Below, piece after piece: positions 39,074 to 48,190 of a DNA stretch of 64,000 nt (positions within the stretch are counted from its first letter, which is position 1; every line of letters starts with the position of its first letter). The translations under genes and the position numbers were made by a program. The notes beneath the pieces were generated by a model. That model was given only the letters and a program-made list of their open reading frames with translations. It searched no databases and was not told the DNA's origin. The stretch comes from an uncultured virus (IMG/VR IMGVR_UViG_3300024240_000003). Lineage: Duplodnaviria; Heunggongvirae; Uroviricota; Caudoviricetes. The DNA lies in IMG/VR virus record IMGVR_UViG_3300024240_000003, one strand, 5' to 3'.

Positions 39074-40432
39074 CTACGGAATATCGTTTATCTTGTATTC
39101 CTCGTATCCGGTGCCTTTAACAGATTTGGATTTATCTTCACTCGTCCGACTCACATTAGAGCCACCTCCACCGGGAGGAGGAGGATTTTTGGACTGTCTT
39201 TCTCTTGCTTTTTTTATTATATCATCAATGTTGTCAGCTCTTACTTCTTTTAATGTTTTCCTGCTCTTCACTCCGGCAGCAGGTACCGGGTACATGTCTC
39301 TTTCAAGTTCAAACCATTTGTCAATCGGTCTTTCTTCCCGCTCTTCTTCCGGTACGTCGTCTAAATAATCCTGAAGTATCTTGTTTACAATCTTCGCCTT
39401 CGTGTATTCTTCTTTCTCAACATCAATTCCATGCTTCGCCTTGTAACGGATTATGTAAGTTTGCTCTATCGTCTCTAATTCGGGAAAAGCCTTCTGCAGT
39501 TGACTGCATAGCGCCAGTGCCTCTACTGTCTCCGCTTCTTCTCTCATTCCTTCAAGCCTCTTCTCGTATTGCTTTATCAGTTCCTCATTGTCTTCCTTCC
39601 TGATTTCGGCTTTGAGTTGTTGCTTTTTAAGGTCTTCGGTCTTTGCTTCCGTAGGCTCGTCATCAGGTTTCTTCTCGAGAAGTGTTGTTAACTCTTCATT
39701 TTTCTGCTTTAATTCTTTAATCTTATCCTGATATGTCTTTTCAAATTCTTGTGCTTTGGCTTGTCTTGCATTAAAACTCTTTATTTCTTCGTCTAACTTT
39801 CTCTTTTCCTTTGCAACCTGCTGTGATTTCTCCTGCCTCGTTTTTGTTTCGATGTCCAGGTTTAACCTGTCCTGTAAAACTTTTATCTTTAAATCTTTCG
39901 GAAGTTTTTCAAATGCTTCTTTCCCGTAATGCTTTTCTGCCTTCTCGGTTAAATCGGCAAGTTCCTTCTGCGTGAGTGTTTGGTCACCTAATTTAATCTC
40001 CTCGGTTTCTTCATCCGGTTCGATTTTAAACTTCTTCATTAACTCTTCCTTGGTCTGCTCCTGCCCGTCAATTTTCTTCTTCTCCCCGTCCTTCATTCCT
40101 TTCACAAGTTCCGTAGCTTCTTCAAGAGAGTATTCCGTTTCATCAAGTTTAAATTTGTCTTCCCCGGCTTCTGCTCCCGCTTCTTTTTTCTCTCCGCCTT
40201 CCTCTTTCCCGTCATCATCACTCTTGTCTTTCACCTCTACTTCTTTCTGCACCCCGCCGTTCCCCTTTTCATCGGGAGGTATGTATTCACCACCGTAGTC
40301 ATTTACTATATCATCCGGAATTTTCCCGTTGTCCCCTAATACGAATCTTTCTGAAAAAATAAAAAGCACACTCAGGATATTTCCGAGTATGCTTTTGAAA
40401 CTTGCTGCTTTATAGGATGAGTTTTTTTTCAT
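39074..40432 (-). CDS. Scaffolding protein
   Basis: Acidic coiled coil with PPPPGGGG tail, between terminase and capsid. Confidence 0.7.
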   Translation of the reverse strand: MKKNSSYKAASFKSILGNILSVLFIFSERFVLGDNGKIPDDIVNDYGGEYIPPDEKGNGGVQKEVEVKDKSDDDGKEEGGEKKEAGAEAGEDKFKLDETEYSLEEATELVKGMKDGEKKKIDGQEQTKEELMKKFKIEPDEETEEIKLGDQTLTQKELADLTEKAEKHYGKEAFEKLPKDLKIKVLQDRLNLDIETKTRQEKSQQVAKEKRKLDEEIKSFNARQAKAQEFEKTYQDKIKELKQKNEELTTLLEKKPDDEPTEAKTEDLKKQQLKAEIRKEDNEELIKQYEKRLEGMREEAETVEALALCSQLQKAFPELETIEQTYIIRYKAKHGIDVEKEEYTKAKIVNKILQDYLDDVPEEEREERPIDKWFELERDMYPVPAAGVKSRKTLKEVRADNIDDIIKKARERQSKNPPPPGGGGSNVSRTSEDKSKSVKGTGYEEYKINDIP

Positions 40433-40475
40433 ATTTTTTTTATCATAATTATATTTTAGTTTTTTCCCTGCATAT

Positions 40476-40520
40476 ACAAAAATAATTTCTGTTTTCCGAA
40501 ATTCTGTTTGTTGACTTGTA
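40476..40520 (-). promoter_or_regulatory. Putative phage late promoter (copy 2)
   Basis: TACAAGTCAACA...TATTTTTGT upstream of the scaffold. Confidence 0.6.
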
Positions 40521-40540
40521 TTTTTTTTCTGAACTGAAAT

Positions 40541-42166
40541 TTATACGTACCTGTTTCTTCCTCTTTCTTCAATTTCTTCTGCCGCTCTTTTTTGTTCTTC
40601 CGGACTGGTTGAAATGTATCTGGAGTCCGTCAGAGCAAGTATTCCGTGCTTGAGTCCGTCATAAGGGTTGTCAATTTTTTTCGAAGATAATATCTTTGGC
40701 ACTTCATAGTCTTCATCATTATTTTTATCTGTCTGTAGCTCCACAAATGCTCTTATCAGGTGTTTATTTTTTTTAGATACGAATAAGTGTGGACGCTTTA
40801 TGAACATTCCGTTGTTATCAAGTCTGTAATCGAGCAAATCTTTTATATACCTGTTACAGCTTACTCTGAACTTCTTGCTGTCACTCATGTTCCATCCTAA
40901 ACTCCCTTTCTTTTTCGATATGCATTCAATACGGAGTCCCTCACTCCTGAAGTACTGCGCACTCATCGGCAGATTCATGCCGTATTCTTTTAACTTCGAA
41001 AACATATTTGTGTCGGAAACCGTTAATGCATTCAGCATCCCTAAATCCCTCAGCCACCTTTTGTAACTCCGCGCTTTCTCCTTTCCTTCCAGCCCAATTT
41101 CAAACCATTCTCCGAATGCATAAAATGTCTTCGTCTTTTCATTTAAGAATGTCCGCTCTGCTATTGTCATGTCTCCGTAATCCATTCCGAAGAGAGTCTT
41201 CCACGTTTCCGGTACTTCAAATTCATCTATGCAGTGAACGTCTCTGTTGAATATCTTGAAGAATTGCCCTTCAAATATGTCCCAGCTCCCTTCAAGAAAT
41301 CTTTTCCTGTCCAGTGCATTCATTCTTTTCAGCCTCTTTATGTATCCCGGGTCGTTTTCTGTCACCTTCGGATTGTCCCAAATCCTTGCCGGAATGAAAC
41401 AGGCTGTCTCTGGAAAGTATTCCGATGCCATGTCTGGAAACTCTTTGTCGAAATCTTTATCGATATAATAACTTTTAACGTGCCTGTGCGCTATGCTTCC
41501 CGGATTTGTCGCTCCCGCAAGGTATGGAATAAATCCCCCTCTCGTAGTCCTTAACCTCGAACCGATAGCAATTGTAAATTCAAATGGAATAGTTGTTTCT
41601 TCATCCAGCAATATAATGTCCCATTCCGAACTTAAATATTGCTCCATGTCTCTTATATGATCTCCGTATCCGAATTGAAGTATTGAATTCGTAGGCTTGT
41701 ATATTACTCTCTTTTTCCCCTCATTATATCTTATTATTTCTCTTGGCAAATCTGTTCTTATCTTGAGCAGATGCGTTTTTTCAAGTTCTGCAAAGCTGGT
41801 CCTGATTAAAAGTATTTTTAGCTCATGGTATCTTAATCCTTCATAATGCGCCTGCCAGCGTAGTCCCGTGCTTTTCCCCGGGCCCGCCGCTCCGCCAAAG
41901 AGAAAGTCAGTGAATCCGTTTTCCGCCCGATGCTCTATAAGCCAGTGGAAGAGAGATTGCTTCGGCATCGATTCGTATTTCACATCACCATTAATCGAAA
42001 TTACAAGCGGCTTTATCGTCTTTAAATCGTATTTCTTGCCTTCAACCTCCGCGATGTCAGTGTTTAAGCCTGCTCTTGTATAGGGGTTTTTAAGTTTTAA
42101 ATCTTCTATTGTTTGGATTGCAGCGTAATTTTGAGGTGTGCTCTGTATGTAAGGAGTTATTATCAT
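40541..42166 (-). CDS. terL: Terminase large subunit
   Basis: GGAAGPGKS Walker A, LLDEET Walker B, ATNPG, GMDYG nuclease motif. Confidence 0.93.
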   Translation of the reverse strand: MIITPYIQSTPQNYAAIQTIEDLKLKNPYTRAGLNTDIAEVEGKKYDLKTIKPLVISINGDVKYESMPKQSLFHWLIEHRAENGFTDFLFGGAAGPGKSTGLRWQAHYEGLRYHELKILLIRTSFAELEKTHLLKIRTDLPREIIRYNEGKKRVIYKPTNSILQFGYGDHIRDMEQYLSSEWDIILLDEETTIPFEFTIAIGSRLRTTRGGFIPYLAGATNPGSIAHRHVKSYYIDKDFDKEFPDMASEYFPETACFIPARIWDNPKVTENDPGYIKRLKRMNALDRKRFLEGSWDIFEGQFFKIFNRDVHCIDEFEVPETWKTLFGMDYGDMTIAERTFLNEKTKTFYAFGEWFEIGLEGKEKARSYKRWLRDLGMLNALTVSDTNMFSKLKEYGMNLPMSAQYFRSEGLRIECISKKKGSLGWNMSDSKKFRVSCNRYIKDLLDYRLDNNGMFIKRPHLFVSKKNKHLIRAFVELQTDKNNDEDYEVPKILSSKKIDNPYDGLKHGILALTDSRYISTSPEEQKRAAEEIEERGRNRYV

Positions 42167-42209
42167 AGGGTTTTTGTATAAGATAATCTCTTATATCGCA
42201 TTTATGAGG

Positions 42210-42656
42210 CTATTTCTTCATCTCAGGCACGCTTATATTTATCGTTATTCCAGCCTCCACCGGTGCCGTGTCATCGGTATATATATGTAAGCATTTAGCC
42301 ATATTGTTTAATCCGGAGTTTGCCCCGGCCGCATTGAATTCACATAACATTTTCTTTCTTTTCCCTTTTATCTTCACTTCCACCGATTCTGTCTGCATGC
42401 ATCTGTCAATAACTTTCTTCTGCGTCCTCATCCACCAGGCAACGTCAACTCCGGATTTCTCTATCACTTTATGCGAGAGTTCTTCAAGGTATTTCATTAC
42501 ATATTTCTTTTTAAGCAGTTGATATCCCATTTGTCTCGCATTCTTTTCTGTGTATCCTGCCGCTATAGCCGCCCTGGATGCGTTGGAGTCTTTTGCGTAT
42601 TCTTCACAAAACTTTATCTGCTGTGCCGTTAGGTTGTTTAAATCTTCTTTTGCCAT
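42210..42656 (-). CDS. terS: Terminase small subunit
   Basis: LTAQQIKFCEEY...NASRAAIAAGY. Confidence 0.92.
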   Translation of the reverse strand: MAKEDLNNLTAQQIKFCEEYAKDSNASRAAIAAGYTEKNARQMGYQLLKKKYVMKYLEELSHKVIEKSGVDVAWWMRTQKKVIDRCMQTESVEVKIKGKRKKMLCEFNAAGANSGLNNMAKCLHIYTDDTAPVEAGITINISVPEMKK

Positions 42657-43183
42657 TATTTTATTTTTTTATCTAACTGCTTTTCTTCAATCATTTTATT
42701 AATTCCACCTACCTGCTCATCTATATCCTTTCCTGAAGCAATGTACCAGAAGTTCATAACCTGATTCGTCTCAATTGCAAATACCATCTTAGGGTCTTTT
42801 TCTAAATAACTTTTTATCAACATTGCATACAACTTCTTACGGTCTCTTGCTAAAAACCTTTTTATCACTTCCTTATCATATTTACTAATTCTTCCGTCGC
42901 CGGAGAGATGCGTGTGCCATATCCCTATAACTTCATACCCTCTTATCAAATAAGGCAAACACTTAAAAAGTATTACCAACATATTCGGAGGCTCGTATTT
43001 TACTTTCTTCTCTCTTGCTTTATTTCTTAAATTTATAAATTTGTAAAAATAATATTTTGCCCTTGCTCTCTTTTTCTTGAATTTGTAATATCTGAGCCCG
43101 GGTCTCATTTGGAAATTCCCAATTATTACACCCCCGGTCTCTTTCCTTTTATCCCGCTTTATGACAGGTGATTTTTTTATCAT
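42656..43183 (-). CDS. JAB/MPN domain protein
   Basis: ETGGVIIG...IGIWHTH......S..D JAMM motif. Confidence 0.7.
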   Translation of the reverse strand: MIKKSPVIKRDKRKETGGVIIGNFQMRPGLRYYKFKKKRARAKYYFYKFINLRNKAREKKVKYEPPNMLVILFKCLPYLIRGYEVIGIWHTHLSGDGRISKYDKEVIKRFLARDRKKLYAMLIKSYLEKDPKMVFAIETNQVMNFWYIASGKDIDEQVGGINKMIEEKQLDKKIK

Positions 43184-43184
43184 A

Positions 43185-43421
43185 TCAATAAGGTAGTATC
43201 ATTCCGGACACAGGAAGACAGCCTCCGTAACTAAGAAGATTAGAAAGAAGAACTCCCCACTCATCTGAATCCGAAATAGATTTCTCAACCAGTATTCTTT
43301 TCTCAGGTTTTTCTTCTTCAAAATATATCGTTCCGCAATAAGTGCATTTATGTTCCCCGGGTCCCACCGCTTCCAGCTCCGAAGCTCCGCAGTTGTCACA
43401 TTGGAATTTATTGAACTTCAT
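43185..43421 (-). CDS. Zn-ribbon protein
   Basis: CDNCGA...CTYCG. Confidence 0.6.
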   Translation of the reverse strand: MKFNKFQCDNCGASELEAVGPGEHKCTYCGTIYFEEEKPEKRILVEKSISDSDEWGVLLSNLLSYGGCLPVSGMILPY

Positions 43422-43710
43422 CTTTCTCCTCCTTTGCCAGTATATCAGGCTCTCTTAACATTAAATAATTATTCCCTTCAAATTCAATCTTCGTAGCAAC
43501 GTATTCTTCAAATATTACTACATCTCCTACGCCTACTTCCATTATCATCAGTTGTCCTTTGTCATTAACAAACCCCGGACCTACGGCAATCACTTCCCCT
43601 CTCGTCGCCTTCTGAGCTCGCTCTGGTATGATAACTCCTCCCTGACTAATATTTTCTATAATTGGTTTCACAAGTATTCTGTCTGATAATAGTTTTTTGA
43701 TTTCCGGCAT
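43408..43710 (-). CDS. groES: Co-chaperonin GroES
   Basis: LSDRILVK...GGVIIP...GEVIAVGPG...VGDVV...LREPDILA. Confidence 0.92.
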   Translation of the reverse strand: MPEIKKLLSDRILVKPIIENISQGGVIIPERAQKATRGEVIAVGPGFVNDKGQLMIMEVGVGDVVIFEEYVATKIEFEGNNYLMLREPDILAKEEKDEVQ

Positions 43711-43725
43711 ATATTATTTTTTAAT

Positions 43726-43770
43726 ACAAAAATAATTATAATTATCATTTTATCTGTCTGTTGACTTGTA
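43726..43770 (-). promoter_or_regulatory. Putative phage late promoter (copy 3)
   Basis: TACAAGTCAACA...TATTTTTGT upstream of the groES-terminase operon. Confidence 0.6.
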
Positions 43771-43891
43771 GATTTGTATAGTAGATGTAAAGCCCCCGAA
43801 GAGTCGCCTTCACTCCCTTGCGTATAAAATATGATTTTTGCAGCCGAATAAAAGGATTTCTTGAATCTTGATTTGCTTTACATTTTGGAAT

Positions 43892-43927
43892 AAAAAAAGC
43901 AGCCGAACCGAGGGAAAGTTCAGCCGC
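43892..43927 (-). terminator. Intrinsic terminator separating early and late regions
   Basis: GCGGCTGAAC/GTTCGGCTGC stem followed by T7 on the minus strand. Confidence 0.75.
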
Positions 43928-43962
43928 TTGAGGTTGTTGATAGAAGAAACTTTATTTAAAAC

Positions 43963-44334
43963 TTATATATTCTCCTTTAGAAATATTCTCAAATTACTCA
44001 TTACTTCTCTTCCTAAATCGGATAACCAGCCAGGAACACTACTGCCATGTTCTGTAAATCCTTTTTCAGAAAAATAATACCACATAAAAAATTCACTACC
44101 AGATTCGGGGAATAATTCTCTACCTTTTTTTTTCCAATCTTTATAATCCATTTCATCTCTCAAGGCTAAGTGCTTAAAACACTTATATATATATCTCAGG
44201 CTCTCGCCCGGATTACCACAACAACAGAAATTGAAATATACACTATGCAATAAGTTTTCTAAATCATCATAATATAATCCATTATAAAGATAGTCGTCTT
44301 TAGTTTTGATAACTTTTTTACCCTTAATTTCCAT
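43963..44334 (-). CDS. Hypothetical phage protein
   Basis: FCCCGNP...EHGSSV.GWL...G motif. Confidence 0.6.
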   Translation of the reverse strand: MEIKGKKVIKTKDDYLYNGLYYDDLENLLHSVYFNFCCCGNPGESLRYIYKCFKHLALRDEMDYKDWKKKGRELFPESGSEFFMWYYFSEKGFTEHGSSVPGWLSDLGREVMSNLRIFLKENI

Positions 44335-44352
44335 ACTATATTTCTTTTAGAA

Positions 44353-44622
44353 TTAGTTTAAAATTGTCTCTTTTTCTATTTTAATTTCAACAGGTTGAAT
44401 CTCTCTTAATATTAGTTTCCCCTGTAAATATCTTAGAGGATTATACCATTTCCGTTTAATTATTATTCTGAATCCCGGAATTACTATGCCCGGTAATATT
44501 GATATAATTCCTCTTTCTTTAAATTCCTTATAAGTTTGTTTTTGTAAGCGCTCAATATCCCCGCTATATAGCCAGTCCTCAAATAATTTATCTGTCCATT
44601 CTTTTGTAATATTTTTTACCAT
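44353..44622 (-). CDS. Hypothetical protein
   Basis: ORF in operon context. Confidence 0.5.
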   Translation of the reverse strand: MVKNITKEWTDKLFEDWLYSGDIERLQKQTYKEFKERGIISILPGIVIPGFRIIIKRKWYNPLRYLQGKLILREIQPVEIKIEKETILN

Positions 44623-44683
44623 TTCTTTATTTTTGCTTTTTATTCAGAATTCAACATTCATAATTCAGCATTATGAAAAGTTC

Positions 44684-45739
44684 TTACCTCACCAAATCCG
44701 ACGGCAAAGGCATTTCCTTAAAATCTCCCAAAAGTTCCCTTGGCAGTAGCTTAGTTTTAAATATCATCGCTCTGCTGTTCCCCACCGCTTCATATTTCTT
44801 TGCAATAGCCTCTAAATTCATCTCCTTGCTTGCGTACAGGCTCACTGTCCAATCTTTTCCGCTGAAATAGTAGTTTATCATTAACTCGTGGCGAGCTTCA
44901 ACATAGACGCTCTTAAAGGCTTCTAAACTCATCCTGTCGCTGTTGACTACAATAGCCGCATATCCTTCAAAAAGAGTCTCGTACGCCCCCTTGCATTTGT
45001 CGAAGTTTAATCCTACCTGGTATCCTATTATGTTCTTTCCCATAAATAGCATATTCATAAAATATGAGTAGTCGCTTTGTGATTTTTCAATCACACCTAC
45101 AAACTCCGATACTTTACTACCTTCGTGCATCTTTAATCTGTTGTAATTCCAAACCCTCATTGCGTATTGAATCGGGACTATTATTTCCTCCCAGTCTTTT
45201 TTATCTTCATTCCTGTAACTTTCCCAGCTTCCTATCGCTGAGACCATCGGGGAAGAACTTGCCCGAGGAAATAAATATTCCCACGCTATCTCCGAACATC
45301 CGGCATTGGGATTCGTGAGTGCAATAAGGTTACTTAAATTTAAATCATTTACCCCGAGCTCGATGTTCTTTACATCTTCTGCAAACTTCTTTATATCCGG
45401 CTCTTTGTTGTCTATCCAGACGGTTAATCCGTCCTCGCTCATCTTCTGCAGTTCTATTAAACTAATAGAGAATATTACAAAGAATAATATTTTCTCTCTA
45501 TCAACATTATCCAGTTTTATATTTCCGTCCATCGAAAAGAAATCTCCGTCTTTCTTTACATTATGCATTTCCGCCTGGTGAAATCTCATCTTCACTACCG
45601 CCGCCGCACAGAGGCTGTCAAGATTTTCAGAGTTGTAAATGCATATCACCCTTTCCCAGTTCTTTTCTATTCTTTCTTTGAAGTGTTCTTTGAACTCAAT
45701 ATTTTCCGCAGGCACTTCCTGCACTTTGTCTTCTTCCAT
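44684..45739 (-). CDS. DHH/DHHA1-fold protein with degenerate catalytic motifs
   Basis: IYNSENLDS.CAA, WIDNK, GCSEIAWEYLF, WTVSLY and IAKKY resemble phage DHH phosphoesterases. Confidence 0.65.
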   Translation of the reverse strand: MEEDKVQEVPAENIEFKEHFKERIEKNWERVICIYNSENLDSLCAAAVVKMRFHQAEMHNVKKDGDFFSMDGNIKLDNVDREKILFFVIFSISLIELQKMSEDGLTVWIDNKEPDIKKFAEDVKNIELGVNDLNLSNLIALTNPNAGCSEIAWEYLFPRASSSPMVSAIGSWESYRNEDKKDWEEIIVPIQYAMRVWNYNRLKMHEGSKVSEFVGVIEKSQSDYSYFMNMLFMGKNIIGYQVGLNFDKCKGAYETLFEGYAAIVVNSDRMSLEAFKSVYVEARHELMINYYFSGKDWTVSLYASKEMNLEAIAKKYEAVGNSRAMIFKTKLLPRELLGDFKEMPLPSDLVR

Positions 45740-45811
45740 ACAATTATATTTTTAATTTTTAAAAATTCTTTGTGGTATAGCTCTTCCGCTCTTAATCTTC
45801 AATCTTACGAA

Positions 45812-46432
45812 TCATATCTTAAATATTTCTTCAAAAAATTTTTCCCTTGCTTCCCTTTGTATCAGGTTTCCGGAGTTGTTTATATACTGTGTAATTACTT
45901 TGTCGTGGAATCTTATCCTGTCATCAACTCCGTTTAAGCTGTTAAGCTTTGCCTTGTACTTCTGTTTTTGTGAATCCGAGAGTATTCCCCTCGAGTCCAG
46001 TGTCAAATCTTTCTTTATTTTCTGTACCAAGTTGCATTTTTCGTTGTTCATTCCGTTCTGGTCTCTGTGGTATATCCTGTATGCCGGTCCTTTGTATTCC
46101 TTGAATGCGTATAATATCAAAAAATCTATTGCAAAACTCCGGGGATATATCCTGTCTTTGTAACATTTATTCATTGCTTTTTCCTGAAAATATAAGTTCA
46201 CCCTTGAGTTGTTTACCCTGCTGCAGCTCTTCACCGGCACAAGCTTCCTCAGAATCCCGCAAAAGAGTGAATAAATGTCCCCTTTGTCATCTGCAAAATA
46301 TCTGTGTACCATTCCTTTCATTCTTATTTCCCTTATGTCCTTGTTGTAAATCCCAGATGTAAACATCAGAGCTGATATTTCAGCCCGCTCTTTGAAGTAT
46401 TGCTCTGATAGCCTCTTCTTCCTTTTCCTCAA
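45812..46432 (-). CDS. NUMOD4/HNH-like protein
   Basis: Y..DDKGDIYS...L; IYHRDQNGMNN..CNL. Confidence 0.55.
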   Translation of the reverse strand: MRKRKKRLSEQYFKERAEISALMFTSGIYNKDIREIRMKGMVHRYFADDKGDIYSLFCGILRKLVPVKSCSRVNNSRVNLYFQEKAMNKCYKDRIYPRSFAIDFLILYAFKEYKGPAYRIYHRDQNGMNNEKCNLVQKIKKDLTLDSRGILSDSQKQKYKAKLNSLNGVDDRIRFHDKVITQYINNSGNLIQREAREKFFEEIFKI

Positions 46433-46467
46433 TTTTTCCCTCCGGAGTTTTTAAAGGTTAAATAAAT

Positions 46468-46818
46468 TTATTTCCGCTTGTCATCCCCGAATGTGCGTTC
46501 TTTGCATCCCGATGTTCTGTATATCGGGACTCTTGTCGGGTCGCTCTTTATTCTTGATCCCGACTTGTCGGGAGATCCCCTGCCCTTTAATGCTTTTGTA
46601 ATATTTATGTAATCAACTAATGGTCTCAGTGGATTCTTCACGTTGCTCTCGAAACATCCCCAGTCACCCCGAAGTAATCTATTTCTCTGGTTTTCCGAAA
46701 CACGAAGCCTATTCGCGTATTGTTCTCTCAATTTATCAAATTTTTCCCAGGAGAATTTTATAAGCAGCCATTTCCAGTAACGTTCCTGAGTTTCACCCCA
46801 ATTTCTTTTATATTTCAT
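46468..46818 (-). CDS. Hypothetical protein, C-terminus built from palindromic repeats
   Basis: ORF; repeats at 46494..46529 and 46541..46584. Confidence 0.45.
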   Translation of the reverse strand: MKYKRNWGETQERYWKWLLIKFSWEKFDKLREQYANRLRVSENQRNRLLRGDWGCFESNVKNPLRPLVDYINITKALKGRGSPDKSGSRIKSDPTRVPIYRTSGCKERTFGDDKRK

Positions 46819-46819
46819 C

Positions 46820-47260
46820 TTAAATATTATTTAATATTTCGTTTACTCGCCTGTTCCCCATTAAAAGCCATCTCACTTCATCAGGTAATTCCTCTACAGA
46901 ATAGCCGGCGGGGGATATACTTCCAATGTATAACGTATCAATTTTGTGCATTAAATAACCAGATCTTGACATTAGTAACCTTTCATCTCTTATCTCTTCC
47001 TGCGGTGGTATATTCTTTGATAAATTAGTCTCCCAAAAATCAATTACCTCATTTAATAATTTCTTACTCTCGCACACCGTACAATATTTGATGTACTTAA
47101 TGCCGTCGAGGGGATAGTGATAATACTGATGTTTTAAACAAATCCCGGTCTTCCTCCAAATCCATCTTAATATTTTTATTTTCTTCTTTTCTCGATCTGC
47201 TCTTTTCTTCATCTTCTCAAGATCCTTCCCCGTACATCCGCCGTTATACCTTTTTATCAT
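46820..47260 (-). CDS. Hypothetical protein
   Basis: ORF in operon context. Confidence 0.5.
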   Translation of the reverse strand: MIKRYNGGCTGKDLEKMKKRADREKKKIKILRWIWRKTGICLKHQYYHYPLDGIKYIKYCTVCESKKLLNEVIDFWETNLSKNIPPQEEIRDERLLMSRSGYLMHKIDTLYIGSISPAGYSVEELPDEVRWLLMGNRRVNEILNNI

Positions 47261-47447
47261 TTTCTTTTTATTAAAATTAATAAAAGTTCTTTTTCAACTC
47301 CTGATTCTTTTTCACCGTTTGTGCGTTTGCTTTCTGCATTTTTAAGTTCAATTTCCCGCCTTTTGTTACCCGGGATTTATCCTTCAAAGCATTTTTCATA
47401 TCCCCGTATATCTTACCCATTACATCTGCCATTGCTTTTACCCTTTG

Positions 47448-47936
47448 TTATAAATTTAATGAATTTTCCGTAAATAAGATTTTTATATTTTCCTTTTCAA
47501 ATAACTCAATATCAGCCATAATTAAACCATTACCAATATTCTGAAAAGCTATATTCGTACAAATGGAAAAATTTCCATTTTTTTGAGTGCTTTCTTCTTG
47601 CGTAATTAGAACTCTGGGAATTTCCTTTTCGACGTGCTTCGGTTTTATTTTCTTTTCCTTTACGATTTTTACTTTCGGTTCTTTTTCTTTTTTCTCTCCA
47701 GGAATAACTATATCGACTCGTGACCCGACATATCCTTTTTCCTTGCAATATTCTGTGACGAGTTTACCGGGAGACCCAACCTCACAAGCGGCGATAAAAA
47801 CATAATTGCCGTGACCTTTCTTATATTCCCTTTTCGCTCTTTCATCTTTGAGACGGTAAATCATATCCTTTTTTCCGTTCTCAAAAATGTAATCCAGTGT
47901 TTTTTTTGCTTCCTCAGACAGTTCGGTGATTTTCAT
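47448..47936 (-). CDS. Hypothetical protein
   Basis: ORF with AAGGA RBS. Confidence 0.55.
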   Translation of the reverse strand: MKITELSEEAKKTLDYIFENGKKDMIYRLKDERAKREYKKGHGNYVFIAACEVGSPGKLVTEYCKEKGYVGSRVDIVIPGEKKEKEPKVKIVKEKKIKPKHVEKEIPRVLITQEESTQKNGNFSICTNIAFQNIGNGLIMADIELFEKENIKILFTENSLNL

Positions 47937-48190
47937 TTTATTTTCCTTTCGTTAATTAACTTTTAAAACAAGCGGGGTTCTCCGAGTGCTAATCTTTCCC
48001 CGCTTGCGTGGTTGATAATTTTACAAAAATAAATAACATACTTTGTATCTTTCATAAGGTCTATTCTATGAATTACCGCCTTCAGGTTCCGTTTACCTGC
48101 GCGTCATAGTTGCCATCCACCCCTGGCAGAAGAGAGTGAATGAAAATCTTTACTCCGCGAATGTAAAGTAGTATTTTTCTTCTGTACATA

